This document shows positions 14,335-26,923 of a DNA stretch of 64,000 nucleotides, piece by piece; position 1 is the first letter of the stretch; each line of letters opens with the position of its first letter. Made by a program: the position numbers and the translations under genes. The DNA is from Neocallimastix sp. 'constans'. Lineage: Eukaryota. The notes under the pieces were generated by a model. It searched no databases, had not been told where the DNA came from, and worked only from the letters and a program-made list of their open reading frames with translations. The DNA is taken from positions 372,001-436,000 of the forward strand of contig JBODTK010000133.1 in assembly GCA_050613775.1 (NCBI GenBank), written 5' to 3'.

Positions 14335-15590
14335 TGTTGAGGTTCATATTAGAAAAGGAGTGTGAACATTAATTAAATAGATAAATTAACTAACTATTAA
14401 ATTACACTAAAAGAATTTATTATTACACATTATAAATTAATTTAAAGAAATATTATTAAAAATATTTATTATTTATAAATTATATAATTATTTTATTGTT
14501 AAAATAACTTTATTAATATTAATATTTATTTTAATAACAATATGGGAAACCTTTCAATTATTATTACTATTTCATTATTACTACTATTTTTACTATTTCT
14601 TTCCTCAGAAAGGCCCCCTTCATAAAATAATATGGATAATACATATTTTATATTATTTAATTACATTATTAAAACCAATCATATAAATTAATTAATTACA
14701 TAAATTTAATATTTAAAATAATAAAATATAATTAATATAAAAATTATTAATATAGAATATAAGAAAATTATTAATAGTAAAGAATATAATAATATATTTT
14801 TATATAATAAATTTGTTAAAATTAAGATATAAAATAGTTTTATGATTAATAACGTTACTAGGTTAATATGTTGAATTATATATTAATAATCCAACAATAA
14901 TTAATTAATAATAATATAAAAATAATATAAGATAAATAGTTAAGTTATTTAAACACTTAATATCTAAGAATATTTTAAATAATAATTTCCTTGAAGGATT
15001 AATGAAAATATTTATTTATTGAATTATTAGTATATAATTATTGTAAATACAATAACCTTACAAAGAACATAAAAGATAGATTTTTACATCTTTCTTTTAT
15101 ACTTTGTAAGTTACATAATAATAGTATTTAATTATAAGATATTAATAATATTGTAATATGAATATTAATAAAATATTAAGATAATAACAATATCGATATG
15201 TTTAAAATATTTAATATAACTAAATAAATTTAATTTATAATTATATAATTAATTTGAATAATTAAAAATAGTAGTTAATATATATGATATATAAACATAA
15301 TATAAATAAATACATGTGACGTCATATGTAGATAATTGAAATTATTAATATAAATCTTATTCACTAATATTCTCAGAATTATTAGGCCTAAGATAATTCT
15401 TTAAATATTAAATAAGAATTTATATTAATTATTAATTATTTAAATATATATATTATTTATAATTAAATAAATAATATTTTTTAACTATTGAAATGTAAAT
15501 AACTGAAATTGAGATTTCAATTCAGTTATAATTTCAACAAAATTATTAAAAATTTAATTAAAAATATCATTATTATTCTATTCTTTATCA
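14335..15590 (-). mobile_element. Solo LTR B in the AAAA stack, interrupted by a nested solo LTR
   Basis: TG...CA termini. Minus-strand start TGATAAAGAAT as in the E1 LTR. Confidence 0.8.
14814..15539 (-). mobile_element. Nested solo LTR, E0 family, TSD AAATT
   Basis: TGTT...AACA termini, AAATT at 14809-14813 and 15540-15544, homology to 151-250 and 53410-54113. Confidence 0.85.
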
Positions 15591-15594
15591 AAAA

Positions 15595-17270
15595 TGGTAG
15601 ACTCGGGGTGATTCTTATTGATTTAAAATCAAGCAGGGGGGACGGGTATTACCCTGCTTTGATTTTAACAAAGAAAAATTTTTTTTATTAAAAAAAATAT
15701 TTATTATTTATTAATATAAAATTTTATTTTTGAATTACACATATTTAATTTTAAGAAATAGTTACAATATTTATATTTTTTTATGAATTTAAAGTATAAT
15801 TATTTGTTTATAATTTAAGTAATTTTATAGAATTATTGAATTAATTTTATATCAATAATTCATTTTTGTTTTAATTTTTATAAATATAATAATATAATAT
15901 TCAAATATAATTTAATTAAAAATAATTATAAAATAAATATATAGAAAATAGTTTTTACTATTTTCTTTGATATTTTTAAGTTAAATAAATTGTTTTTAAA
16001 GATTAATATAATAAGTTTAATAATCTTTAATTATTTTAAATAATACTTGTAATTATTTTCAAAATAAAATAAAATTTTTATAATATTTAATTAATAAATT
16101 TGATATTATTTAAATAATAATTTTTATAATAAGTAATAATTTTTAATAATAATTTTTAATAATAAATTTAATTAATAATCTTAATAATTTTATAATAATA
16201 TTTAATAGTTATAATAAATAAATTTTTATAATAATATTTAATAATTTTAATAATTTTATAATATTAATAATTTATAATAATTTTTATAATAATATTTAAT
16301 TAATAATTTTAATAATTTTATAATAATTTTTATAATAATATTTAATTAATAGTTTTTAATAATTTAGTATTTTAAAAGTATAATTTTAATATTTACAATT
16401 GTATTTTAATATATACATATATTTAATAATATAACAATAAAGTAATTAATTAAAATTTATTTACATTATTTACAAGTTAAAATTAATTTATATCAAAATA
16501 AATTAAATTTTATTATTAAGTTTAGATTATCAAGAATATAGGAAAGTACAATTTAGTAATGTTAAAGTTTTAAGATAATTTGGTCTTAACGATTAGGTCA
16601 AGATGCCAAATTATAGTAATTAATTAATAATTAAATTTTATTCTTATTTAAAACATATTGTTATTAGTAAATTTTATAATTAAGTTTTTATCTAAAATAT
16701 AAATTTTATTTAATCTTAATAATATTTTATTACATTATTATTTTATATAATTATTACTATAATTTAAATTACAATAATCCTACAAAGGATTAATCAAAAG
16801 AATTTAAACATGTATTTATATAAAATAATTAATTATTAAAATATTAATTATTAATATGAATATGTAAATAATATTAATATAAGTTTGATATTGATAATAT
16901 AAAGTTAGATAATAATATAAATATTTAATATAAATAAAATATAAGAATTAAATATTGCTAAATATTATAATTTATAATTAAAATATAATATGTAGAAATT
17001 AATTTAATATGACAATCACGTGTTTACATTATTTAATATATATTAAATTCAATATGTTAATAATATTTAGTAATTAGTTGGCCTAGACTAATTCCTAAAT
17101 ATTTTAATAAAGTTAATTTAATAATAATTATTATATTATTATTTTTTATTAATATTGAAATTCAAATAACTGAATTATCGAAATTGAAATTGAATTGAAA
17201 TTCAGTTATTATCTTAACAAGTAAAGAATTATTAATAATAAAATAAAGGTTATTAATTCATTCTTTACCA
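15595..17270 (-). mobile_element. Solo LTR C copy 1, interrupted by a nested solo LTR
   Basis: TGGTA...TACCA termini, AAAA flanks, near-identical to 17275-18282 once the insert is removed. Confidence 0.85.
16560..17219 (-). mobile_element. Nested solo LTR, E0-related family, TSD AGTAA
   Basis: AGTAA at 16555-16559 and 17220-17224; reverse-complement homologue of 59141-59780. The empty site is visible in LTR C copy 2. Confidence 0.9.
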
Positions 17271-17274
17271 AAAA

Positions 17275-18282
17275 TGGTAGACTCGGGGTGATTCTTATTG
17301 ATTTAAAATCAAGCAGGGGGGACGGGTATTACCCTGCTTTGATTTTAACAAAGAAAAATTTTTTTTTTATTAAAAAAGTGTTTATTATTTATTAATATAA
17401 AATTTTATTATTTAAAGTACACATATTTAATTTTTAAGAAATTGTTACAATATTTATATTTTTTTATAAATTTAAAGTATAATTAATTGTTTATAATTTA
17501 AGTAATTTTATAGAATTATTGAATTAATTTTATATCAATAATTCATTTTTGTTTTAATTTTTATAAATATAATAATATAATATTCAAATATAATTTAATT
17601 AAAAATAATTATAAAATAAATATATAGAAAATAGTTTTTACTATTTTCTTTGATATTTTTAAGTTAAATAAATTGTTTTTAAAGATTAATATAATAAATT
17701 TAATAATCTTTAATTATTTTAAATAATATTTGTAATTATTTTCAAAAATAAAATAAAATTTTTATAATATTTAATTAATAAATTTGATAATATTTAAATA
17801 ATAATTTTTATAATAAGTAATAATTTTTAATAATAATTTTTAATAATAAATTTAATTAATAATCTTAATAATTTTATAATAATATTTAATAGTTATAATA
17901 AATAAATTTTTATAATAATATTTAATAATTTTAATAATTTTATAATATTAATAATTTATAATAATTTTTAGAATAATATTTAATTAATAATTTTAATAAT
18001 TTTATAATAATTTTTATAATAATACTTAATTAATAGTTTTAATAATTTAGTATCTTAAAAGTATAATTTTAATATTTACAATTGTATTTTAATATACATA
18101 TATTTAATAATATAACAATAAAATAATTAATTAAAATTTATTTACATTATTTACAGTTAAAATTAATTTATATCAAAATAAATTAAATTTTATTAAGTTT
18201 AGGTTATCAAGAATATAGGAAAGTACAATTTAGTAAAGAATTATTAATAATAAAATAAAGGTTATTAATTCATTCTTTACCA
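17275..18282 (-). mobile_element. Solo LTR C copy 2
   Basis: Direct repeat of copy 1 with AAAA on both sides. Confidence 0.85.
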
Positions 18283-18685
18283 AAAATGTTGCAGGATTTC
18301 GAATAATTTAAATTTTTATTTTCAAAAATAATATATTCTTAATAATTAGATTTTCTTTTTTTTTTATCTTTTATTAACTCTTAAATTTTTTATTAAGTAT
18401 TTTCTTTTTCTTTTATATATTTTTTACTACATGAATTTTATAATTATTTTAATTCTTTTTAGAATAATTATTACATGTGATTTTAATAATATTTTTTAAA
18501 AGTTATTTTAATAATAAAAATATTAATACTAATATAATATTATTTTTAATGACAAAATATTAATAATGATAAAATTAATAAATTTAACAATAAAATTATT
18601 GATAATATTTTCGATAATATAATTCTTAAAACATTTTAATATAAATAATAATTAAATATAATAATAAAACAATTTAATTAATATA

Positions 18686-19105
18686 AAATAATAATTATTT
18701 AATAATTAGTCATTAATCAATTTAATAAAATAATAATTATTTAATAATTAGTCATTAATCAATTTAATAAAATAATAATTATTTAATAATTAGTCATTAA
18801 TCAATTTAATAAAATAATAATTATTTAATAATTAGTCATTAATCAATTTAATAAAATAATAATTATTTAATAATTAGTCATTAATCAATTTAATAAAATA
18901 ATAATTATTTAATAATTAGTCATTAATCAATTTAATAAAATAATAATTATTTAATAATTAGTCATTAATCAATTTAATAAAATAATAATTATTTAATAAT
19001 TAGTCATTAATCAATTTAATAAAATAATAATTATTTAATAATTAGTCATTAATCAATTTAATAAAATAATAATTATTTAATAATTAGTCATTAATCAATT
19101 TTATA
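18686..19105. repeat. 42-bp tandem repeat, ~10 copies, in the E7 3' LTR
   Basis: Unit AAATAATAATTATTTAATAATTAGTCATTAATCAATTTAATA; GTCATT recurs every 42 bp. Confidence 0.95.
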
Positions 19106-19274
19106 AAATAATTTATGTAATTATTTTAAATTAAAAATAAAATTATGAAATTATAAAAATAGTTTAAATTAATTAACATATAAAGTTATTAAATTTAATT
19201 ATAATTTCGAATTGTATAATTGAAATCATTAGTTTATTGTATTTTGGCTAGTTCCGTAACATGACGCCCCCTTT

Positions 19275-19929
19275 TTAATTGGACTTCGTCCCAGAAGTTT
19301 CAATTTCGCATAATTTGTACGGAACTATATTTTTCAGATGCACATTTCTATTCGCAATTTCATTAGTGATGGGGTCGCATAAAGTTACTGTATTATATTG
19401 TTGCTTTACTATTCTTAGAGGTCCTACAAAGAAAGGTTCAAGTTTTTTCCTATTAATTGTTCTAATCAAAACTAGTTCTCCTGGTTTATATTCTGCTTTT
19501 AATCGCTTCATTTGGTTTCTTCTGTCTTCCCATAACTTATTGGCAGTTTGAATATTTTCTATAGCTTCTTTAATCCATAAGTGATGTCTAGTAAATTTCC
19601 TAATAAGATATTCTTCTTCACTCTCATATTCTTCTTTCTTGTCTAAATTGATAGTTAGCTCAAAGGGTTGGAAGTCTCGACTACCGTATAAAAGTTCGAA
19701 GCTGGAGAACTTAGTTGACTCATTTTTACAGGTTCTGAGGGCCCAAAGAGCACTAGGAAGTATTTCGTCCCATTTATGTGTATTATTATTGCATAATATC
19801 CTAAGGTATTTCCCAATCTCTTTATTTCTGTTTTCTACCATTCCATTTGATTCAGGATGATAAACAGAAATATATTTTACATAGACTCCATAAAGATCTA
19901 GGAAGGCTTTAGTTTTGTCTGAACGGAAT
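19275..19929 (-). pseudogene. pol: E7 integrase C-terminal fragment
   Basis: YHPESNGMVENRNKEIG...GPLRIVK; continuous with 53372-53409 across the E3 insertion. Confidence 0.9.
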
Positions 19930-20469
19930 TGTAACGGAGGTGCTTCTATTGTAAAGGCGGGATGAGATATAGAAACACAGAAAGGAGAAAACTCAATAGG
20001 TTTACACTATCTGTATAAATAATTCGTTTTATTAGAAATATTTTTTATTAATTATAAAATTTAAAATAATTATTAATATTAATCAACAAGGTAATATTTC
20101 GAATTACTTATACGTTAATTATTATTAATAAAAGCACGAAGAAAAATATTTTCATTCGTGAAGTTCGCACTATTTATACTTTTAACGGAAAAACAGTTTT
20201 AACATGTAAAAATAATTTTAAAGAAATATTTAGAAACATGTTTATAATAATTAATAATGTAAAGTTTCTAGAATATAGATTTTAATTGATGAAAATGAAT
20301 CTTATCAAAAAAAGAATAAAATAATTTATATAATAAGAATTTCTAAATTCATTTCGGTTAAATTACAAACCGAAAGAATCTTTAACTTTCTATAATTTTA
20401 TACAGAAAGAATATTCAAGAAGATATTATTAATAATTAATAAAATAATTAATAAAATAATTATTTATGC

Positions 20470-20546
20470 AAAATGGGTTGAGGTGTGAGTCGAACCCATG
20501 AAGTATTGGTCATGGTCAATGTAACTAACCATTGAACCAAGGTTCT
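20470..20546 (-). ncRNA. tRNA-like Pol III unit in the E3 3' LTR (no insertions upstream)
   Basis: A box TGGTTCAATGG and B box GGTTCGACTC at tRNA spacing, ending CCA-TTTT. The cloverleaf is degenerate. Confidence 0.6.
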
Positions 20547-20903
20547 AATTTTACTAACTGAAGATTTCGTTACATGGTCCGCCTCCAGGATTCGGATACC
20601 AGACGAATCTGACAGTTAGGCATAACTTATACTAAAATTAAGCAAACTAAACTAAACTAAACTAAATTAAAATAAAATAAAATATAATAAAATAAAAATA
20701 ATTAATTAACCATTTTATAGTACGAACTTTTTTTGAATAAAATTACATGATATTAATAAAGTTACATGAATATAATATATAATAAGAATACATGAATATT
20801 AATAATATTTAATAATATAAAATAATATTTAGTAATATTGATATTAATAAATTAATATAAGTTTGATATTAATAAAGTAAAGATTCATTTTCAAGTTTTA
20901 ATT

Positions 20904-23342
20904 TTAGTTATTTTTGTTAAATTCTTTTAAGAGTTTAGGGCAATTTAAATTTTCTTCGGGTTCCCAAGATGCTTCAGATAAAGGATAGCCTTTCCATTTA
21001 ATAAGATATTGGGTTTTGCCATAATGTTTTCTTTTATCAAGAATTTTTTCAACTTCGTATTCTTCTTCATTGTCAATAATTATCGGTGGTGGTGGTTCTT
21101 TCTTTCGTCCAAAGTGATCTTCATAAAATGGTTCAAGTTCAGAAACATGTATTACAGGATGGATTCTGATTTCTTTTGGTAAGTCTAACTTATATGAAAC
21201 GGGAGAAATTTTCTTAATGATTTTATATGGACCAAGTTTTCTAGGTTTAAGTTTTTTATTTCCATTATGAATTATAAGTGAACTATTAATCCACACTTTA
21301 TCACCAGGTTTAAAATTTGGAGCTTCAATACGATGTTTGTTTGCGAATTCTTCTTGCTTTTTTCTTGCTTGTTGTAAATTTCCATTAAGTGTTTTAAATA
21401 ATTCTGAAAGGTCTTTTGTAAATTCATCAGCTCTAGGAACATCTATACTGTTTGGAATTGATGGTGAATATCTTGGATTATATCCATAGTTTGCATAAAA
21501 AGGTGAGTGCTTAATTGATTTTTGAATTGAATTATTATAACTGAATTCTGCTAGGAATAAAAAATTATACCAATCAGAACCTTTAAAGTTTGAATAACAT
21601 CTTAAGTATTGTTCAATAACGGAGTTCACCCTCTCCGTTAAACCATTGGTTTGGTGATGGAAGGGAGAAGCAAGTTTCGTCGTGATATTGAAAGATTTAC
21701 AAATAGCTGACCAAAATTTTGAAGTGAATTGAGAATCTTTATCAGAAAAAAAATCGGAGGGTGGTTTATGAATACGAAAGAGATCATTTAGGTCTTTCTT
21801 GGGAACAAATGAAACAGAAGCAGCAGCTGGAGATTTAGATTTTCTAATAAATTTTTTGTCTTCATTTTCTTTAATATATTTCTTCGAAGCTAGAGGTTCT
21901 TTTACAGTTAAGGGGTAGATTGGGTCATAATGAAGTTTTTCATTTTGTTTGGGTTTAATCTCGCTATCAAAAGGACAATAAGGAGATGATTGAATAGTGT
22001 ATATTTCACTGAAAGTGTCTATAAATGGAAGTAATTTTTTTGGTAATGATTTGCTTATTTTATTATTGATTTCTTCATTTTCATTTTTGTCATTTTGTTT
22101 AGTAGTATTTAAAGGAACATAAGAGGTAAAGGAGTTAGGGATGATTAAACAATTTTCAACGCAATAATTGGAATTAAATCTTAAGACTTTATTTTTGAAG
22201 TCAATATCAGGATTGTGAGTAGAAATCCATTCGAAACCTAAAATAGCACAATAAGAAGGAAAGTCAACCACATAGAATTGAGTATTACATTTATGGTTAT
22301 TATAAGTGATGGAAATAGGAAGAGTTTTTCCAAGAATAGTTTGCTTTCCACCAATGCCAGATACCTTAGGGAAATTAGTTTTGGTTGAATACGGGATATG
22401 ATTTTCTTTAACATAGTAGATATCCATTAGATTAATTTGAGAACCAGTATCGAGAAGAATTTTAGCGGTAGAATTTGTATTATCAATACTCAAAGAAAAT
22501 TCGTAAATAGGAAGATTTGAGTCAGAAACTCTAGGTCTAGAAATGGGTTTTGATTCGGGATTAGAAACATAAGTGCTACTTGATGAAGGTTTATTTTTGT
22601 ATTTATTTTTAAGTGGACAATTGTCGAGAGAATGTTCAGAGGATCCACAATATAAACAAAGATTTTTTCCTCTTCTTCTTTCTTTTTCTTCTTGAGATAG
22701 AGGTCCATGAGGTTTGGATTTAAATTGCTTTTGGAAAAAGAATGATTTTTTGCCTTTTTTATTTTTATTATAATTACTATTATTTGAATTTTGACCTTGA
22801 AGATTGGAAAATTGTCTATGAGTAGAAATACGATTATCGATTCTAGATGCAATTGTTTGAATAGCAAAGAGGGTTTGAGGTCCAGGAAACATTTCTAAAA
22901 TTCTAGTAGCAATATGGTCATGTAGGCCGGCAAGAAAGGCGTCCATCTTGGCTTCTTCATTCCAAGAAGATTCATCGGCGTATTTATTAAATTCTAAAAT
23001 ATAATTTCTGACTTCACCAATTCGTTTTTGTTTGATTGTTCTTAATTTCTGGTTGGCAATAAAGGTAGAGTCGTAGCTTCCAAATACTGATTTTAGTCTA
23101 GCAATGAATTGATTATAATTAAGGAGACAAGGATCTTGGTTTTCAATGAGAGTAGCAGCCCAATTCATGGCGTTTCCATACAAACGAGAAATGATATAGA
23201 TTACTTTAGCTTCATCGTTTGCAAATCTTTCTGGTTGAATCATAAAAATAAGTTCCATTTTAGCTAGAAATCCTTTAAAGAATCGACGATCACCAGCAAA
23301 ACCGTCCTTAAAAGTAGGATTTTCTTGATAATAGTTGTCCAT
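20904..23342 (-). CDS. E3 Gag-protease fused in frame to partial integrase and chromodomain (RT/RNase H deleted)
   Basis: Gag with [14 protein letters not shown], protease LLDTGS, RT start ...[17 protein letters not shown] joined to integrase ...[12 protein letters not shown]...[11 protein letters not shown] motif, chromodomain YEVEKIL...YLIKWKGY...SWEP. Confidence 0.92.
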   Translation of the reverse strand: MDNYYQENPTFKDGFAGDRRFFKGFLAKMELIFMIQPERFANDEAKVIYIISRLYGNAMNWAATLIENQDPCLLNYNQFIARLKSVFGSYDSTFIANQKLRTIKQKRIGEVRNYILEFNKYADESSWNEEAKMDAFLAGLHDHIATRILEMFPGPQTLFAIQTIASRIDNRISTHRQFSNLQGQNSNNSNYNKNKKGKKSFFFQKQFKSKPHGPLSQEEKERRRGKNLCLYCGSSEHSLDNCPLKNKYKNKPSSSSTYVSNPESKPISRPRVSDSNLPIYEFSLSIDNTNSTAKILLDTGSQINLMDIYYVKENHIPYSTKTNFPKVSGIGGKQTILGKTLPISITYNNHKCNTQFYVVDFPSYCAILGFEWISTHNPDIDFKNKVLRFNSNYCVENCLIIPNSFTSYVPLNTTKQNDKNENEEINNKISKSLPKKLLPFIDTFSEIYTIQSSPYCPFDSEIKPKQNEKLHYDPIYPLTVKEPLASKKYIKENEDKKFIRKSKSPAAASVSFVPKKDLNDLFRIHKPPSDFFSDKDSQFTSKFWSAICKSFNITTKLASPFHHQTNGLTERVNSVIEQYLRCYSNFKGSDWYNFLFLAEFSYNNSIQKSIKHSPFYANYGYNPRYSPSIPNSIDVPRADEFTKDLSELFKTLNGNLQQARKKQEEFANKHRIEAPNFKPGDKVWINSSLIIHNGNKKLKPRKLGPYKIIKKISPVSYKLDLPKEIRIHPVIHVSELEPFYEDHFGRKKEPPPPIIIDNEEEYEVEKILDKRKHYGKTQYLIKWKGYPLSEASWEPEENLNCPKLLKEFNKNN

Positions 23343-24067
23343 ATTAAAATAAATAAAGTAAAGTAGAATAAGTTTTCAAAGGTAAAGAATAGGCGGTAGA
23401 ATCCAGAAGTTCCCAAAGTGGCAGTAGAGATTCCAATAATCCAAAAGGTAGTAGATAGGTAGTAGAGATTCCAAAAGTTCAAAAGTTGTTTATTGGTAGG
23501 TTTCCAAGGTTAATGGATAAGAACACAAAATTTTAATAACACTTTATAATATTTTATAATTAAATATTTTTATTTTATAATTATTTATCAAAAATTACTG
23601 AAATATAAACTAGATTATATAGTATTGGACCAACTAAATATATAATCTATCAAAGTTTTATACGATAAGTTCCTTTAGCCTTTTAGTGATAACGCAGATA
23701 AAATCGATTGTTAATGTCTTATAGACAAAAGGAAGTAATATTGTTAGATTCTTTATTATGTCTAACTTATTGTTAGCTGAAAAGAATAAAACAAATTATT
23801 TTCCCCTATATCAATAGTATCTGAACACTAAAATGTTACGAAAACAGAGACCAACTTCTGTCGCTTTGGAAGTCGTATAAACCTTATATTTATATTTTAA
23901 TCTTTGTTTTCTTAATTATAAAATTATAATATTAATTATAAAATTATTGATTGATAAAATAGAATAGTACTATTGACTCACAACTATAGAAAAAACCGTC
24001 AGTACTATTATAACTAGTGCCGCGAGTAAGCACGAAATAAAATTTTAAAATACTATATAGTTTTAAT

Positions 24068-24253
24068 CATACGCCTTCGGTGACGTAAGCTCCTTATTCG
24101 CCAGAGTTGTTGCAAACCTAGAACCGTTTTCCTTTATAATAGGCTACGGTGCTCTCTTATAGAGTTTTACCTAGTCTAGAACCAAATCTATTCGTCGAGT
24201 GCAACACTAAAGAAGACAATTCTTCTAACTCTGTATATGAGCTCTATTCGCTC
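24068..24253 (-). ncRNA. Conserved structured RNA in the E3 leader (homologous to 46395-46620)
   Basis: 35-nt identical block, two further conserved blocks and covarying helices relative to the E6 leader. Confidence 0.65.
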
Positions 24254-24382
24254 GTATAAACGCTTTTTAAATAAATAAATAAAAAATAAAATGGCACAGG
24301 TTTTTCTTGCTATTATTTCAAGCAAGTAATTTATTAAAATAATTAAAAATAAAAATTATTATAATTATTAATATTATTATTA

Positions 24383-24425
<43 letters not shown>

Positions 24426-24665
24426 CTAAGCTAATTTAAAAAATTATTATTTTTGTTATAAATTAAATGAAAAATTTTTTTTTTTTTATCTAAAACTAAT
24501 TGATTTATTCACTAAATTAATCTAAAATATTTATCTAAAAATTAAAGATTTTTCTTACTAAATTAATTTAATATTATTTATCTAATTATAAATTAATTTT
24601 GTTGGTAAATATTTGAATTAATTTTAAAGGGTTAAGGTAATATAAGATTAATTTAATATTATCTA

Positions 24666-24706
<41 letters not shown>

Positions 24707-25180
24707 GTTAAGGTAATGTAAGTTTTATCTTAATAGGGTAGTACAAGTTTAATTTGAATTATATGATCGGGTAGTACAAGAATTTTTGTTATAAAAATTA
24801 ATTTCAACAACCATAGGATTAGGATTATCCGGTAATATAATAGATACAAAGGATTGAATTATATAATAGTGAGGGTAACTCAAAACGGACAAGGTGATAA
24901 TTTGAATAGGAATCAATAGGCAGTAATTATTCGTCTGGAAGGAGATAGAATCCGAGATTAAAAGATATAGAAGTCCGGTATTAAAGAGATAGTAGATAAG
25001 AAGATTTATTCAAAGATTATTAGACTAAGATAGAGAGAACCGGAGTAGGTATTTGTTCTTTAATAGTAAAATAGTAAAAGTAGAAACCCAACGATTGCCA
25101 AAAGATATTGAGAAGGTAGAATTCCTAAAGGTAGAATGTCTGTGGGATAGCGTAAAGGTATTGAGGGCTTGGATTAGCTG

Positions 25181-25191
25181 GTGCTTTTATT
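25181..25191 (-). promoter_or_regulatory. Self-priming PBS of E3
   Basis: No TGG tRNA PBS. AATAAAAGCAC is complementary to GTGCTTTTATT in the LTR (25398-25388), ~40 nt downstream of TATAAATA. Confidence 0.8.
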
Positions 25192-25730
25192 GTAACGGAG
25201 GTGCTTCTATTGTAAAGGCGGGATGAGATATAGAAACACAGAAAGGAGAAAACTCAATAGGTTTACACTATCTGTATAAATAATTCGTTTTATTAGAAAT
25301 ATTTTTTATTAATTATAAAATTTAAAATAATTATTAATATTAATCAACAAGGTAATATTTCGAATTACTTATACGTTAATTATTATTAATAAAAGCACGA
25401 AGAAAAATATTTTCATTCGTGAAGTTCGCACTATTTATACTTTTAACGGAAAAACAGTTTTAACATGTAAAAATAATTTTAAAGAAATATTTAGAAACAT
25501 GTTTATAATAATTAATAATGTAAAGTTTCTAGAATATAGATTTTAATTGATGAAAATGAATCTTATCAAAAAAAGAATAAAATAATTTATATAATAAGAA
25601 TTTCTAAATTCATTTCGGTTAAATTACAAACCGAAAGAATCTTTAACTTTCTATAATTTTATACAGAAAGAATATTCAAGAAGATATTATTAATAATTAA
25701 TAAAATAATTAATAAAATAATTATTTATGC

Positions 25731-25807
25731 AAAATGGGTTGAGGTGTGAGTCGAACCCATGAAGTATTGGTCATGATCAATGTAACTAACCATTGAACTA
25801 AGGTTCT
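25731..25807 (-). ncRNA. tRNA-like Pol III unit in the E3 5' LTR (anchor of the inner insertion stack)
   Basis: A box TAGTTCAATGG at 25800-25790, B box GGTTCGACTC at 25757-25748, TTTT at 25734-25731. Confidence 0.65.
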
Positions 25808-26544
25808 AATTTTACTAACTGATTGAAAAAGAACAAAACAATAATTATTAAATTGTAATAATTTTCATAATATATTACAAATATTCCAATTATAATTATT
25901 ATTGATTTCTTATTAAACTAAACTTTCCTATATTCTTCTTTCATGGAAATTCTAAAATATTGATAGTAAATATTATTATTTTTCTAAAAGTTTCTAAAAG
26001 ATTTCTATATTAAGAATCCCTTAAATAAATTCTATAAATTTTTAGAAAATTCTAAATAATTAAAATAAAAATATTGGTTGATTATTAAAATATATATATA
26101 TAAAAAAAAAAAAAAAAAAAATTTTTTTTAGAATAAATTAGTAATAAATATATTATATATTGTAATTATTATTACCAATTAAAAAAAAAAAAAAAAAAAA
26201 AAAATTTTTTTTTACTAATAAAATTTAAAATTATTAGTAATGACTTTCTAACGTTTTCGAAAAGATTTTATCATATTTATTCAATTATACTCTTAATAAA
26301 TATAAAATATATTGAATAATTATTAAAATCAATTTCAAAAATCCTAATTTTAATTCAAACTCTTTTTTTTTATTGAGGCTTTACAATTAAAAATAAAATT
26401 GAAAAAGTATAAATAGACCTATGTCTACTCAAAAAAAAAAAAAAGCAGAATCTTTCCTTAGATTATAATAAGATTACTAACAAAATTAAAATAATAAAAA
26501 TAAAATTAATAATAAGAATATTTTTAGTTAGTTTTAAATAGTTT

Positions 26545-26605
<61 letters not shown>

Positions 26606-26881
26606 TAGTTTTAAATAGTTTAGTTTTAAAATAGTTTAGTTTGTTTAGTTTTAAATAGTTTAGTTTTGATAGTTAGTTATTTAATTAAATTTTTAGTTAT
26701 AATAGTTTAGTTAATATTATTAAGTAATTTATTTAGTTTAGTGCATAATTTAATAAATAGTTTTATTTAGTTATATAAAAATAAAAAAAAAAAAAAAATT
26801 TTATTGTTTAATAAATAATAGTAATAATTAATTTTCTTATTAGCTAAAAAAAAATATAAACAAATAAACACATAAACAAAT

Positions 26882-26923
<42 letters not shown>

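Noticed and set aside
15595..18282. LTR C pair as one complete element
   Set aside because: Only AAAA lies between the copies, with no PBS, PPT or internal region. Two stacked solo LTRs fit better.
18686..19105. Regular repeats as a CRISPR array (also 47200-47432 and 44718-45030)
   Set aside because: Units are directly tandem or have identical spacers, lie inside retrotransposons, and no cas genes are present.
25731..25807. Functional tRNA gene
   Set aside because: The acceptor stem does not pair and the T and D arms are partly broken. Only the promoter boxes and spacing are tRNA-like.
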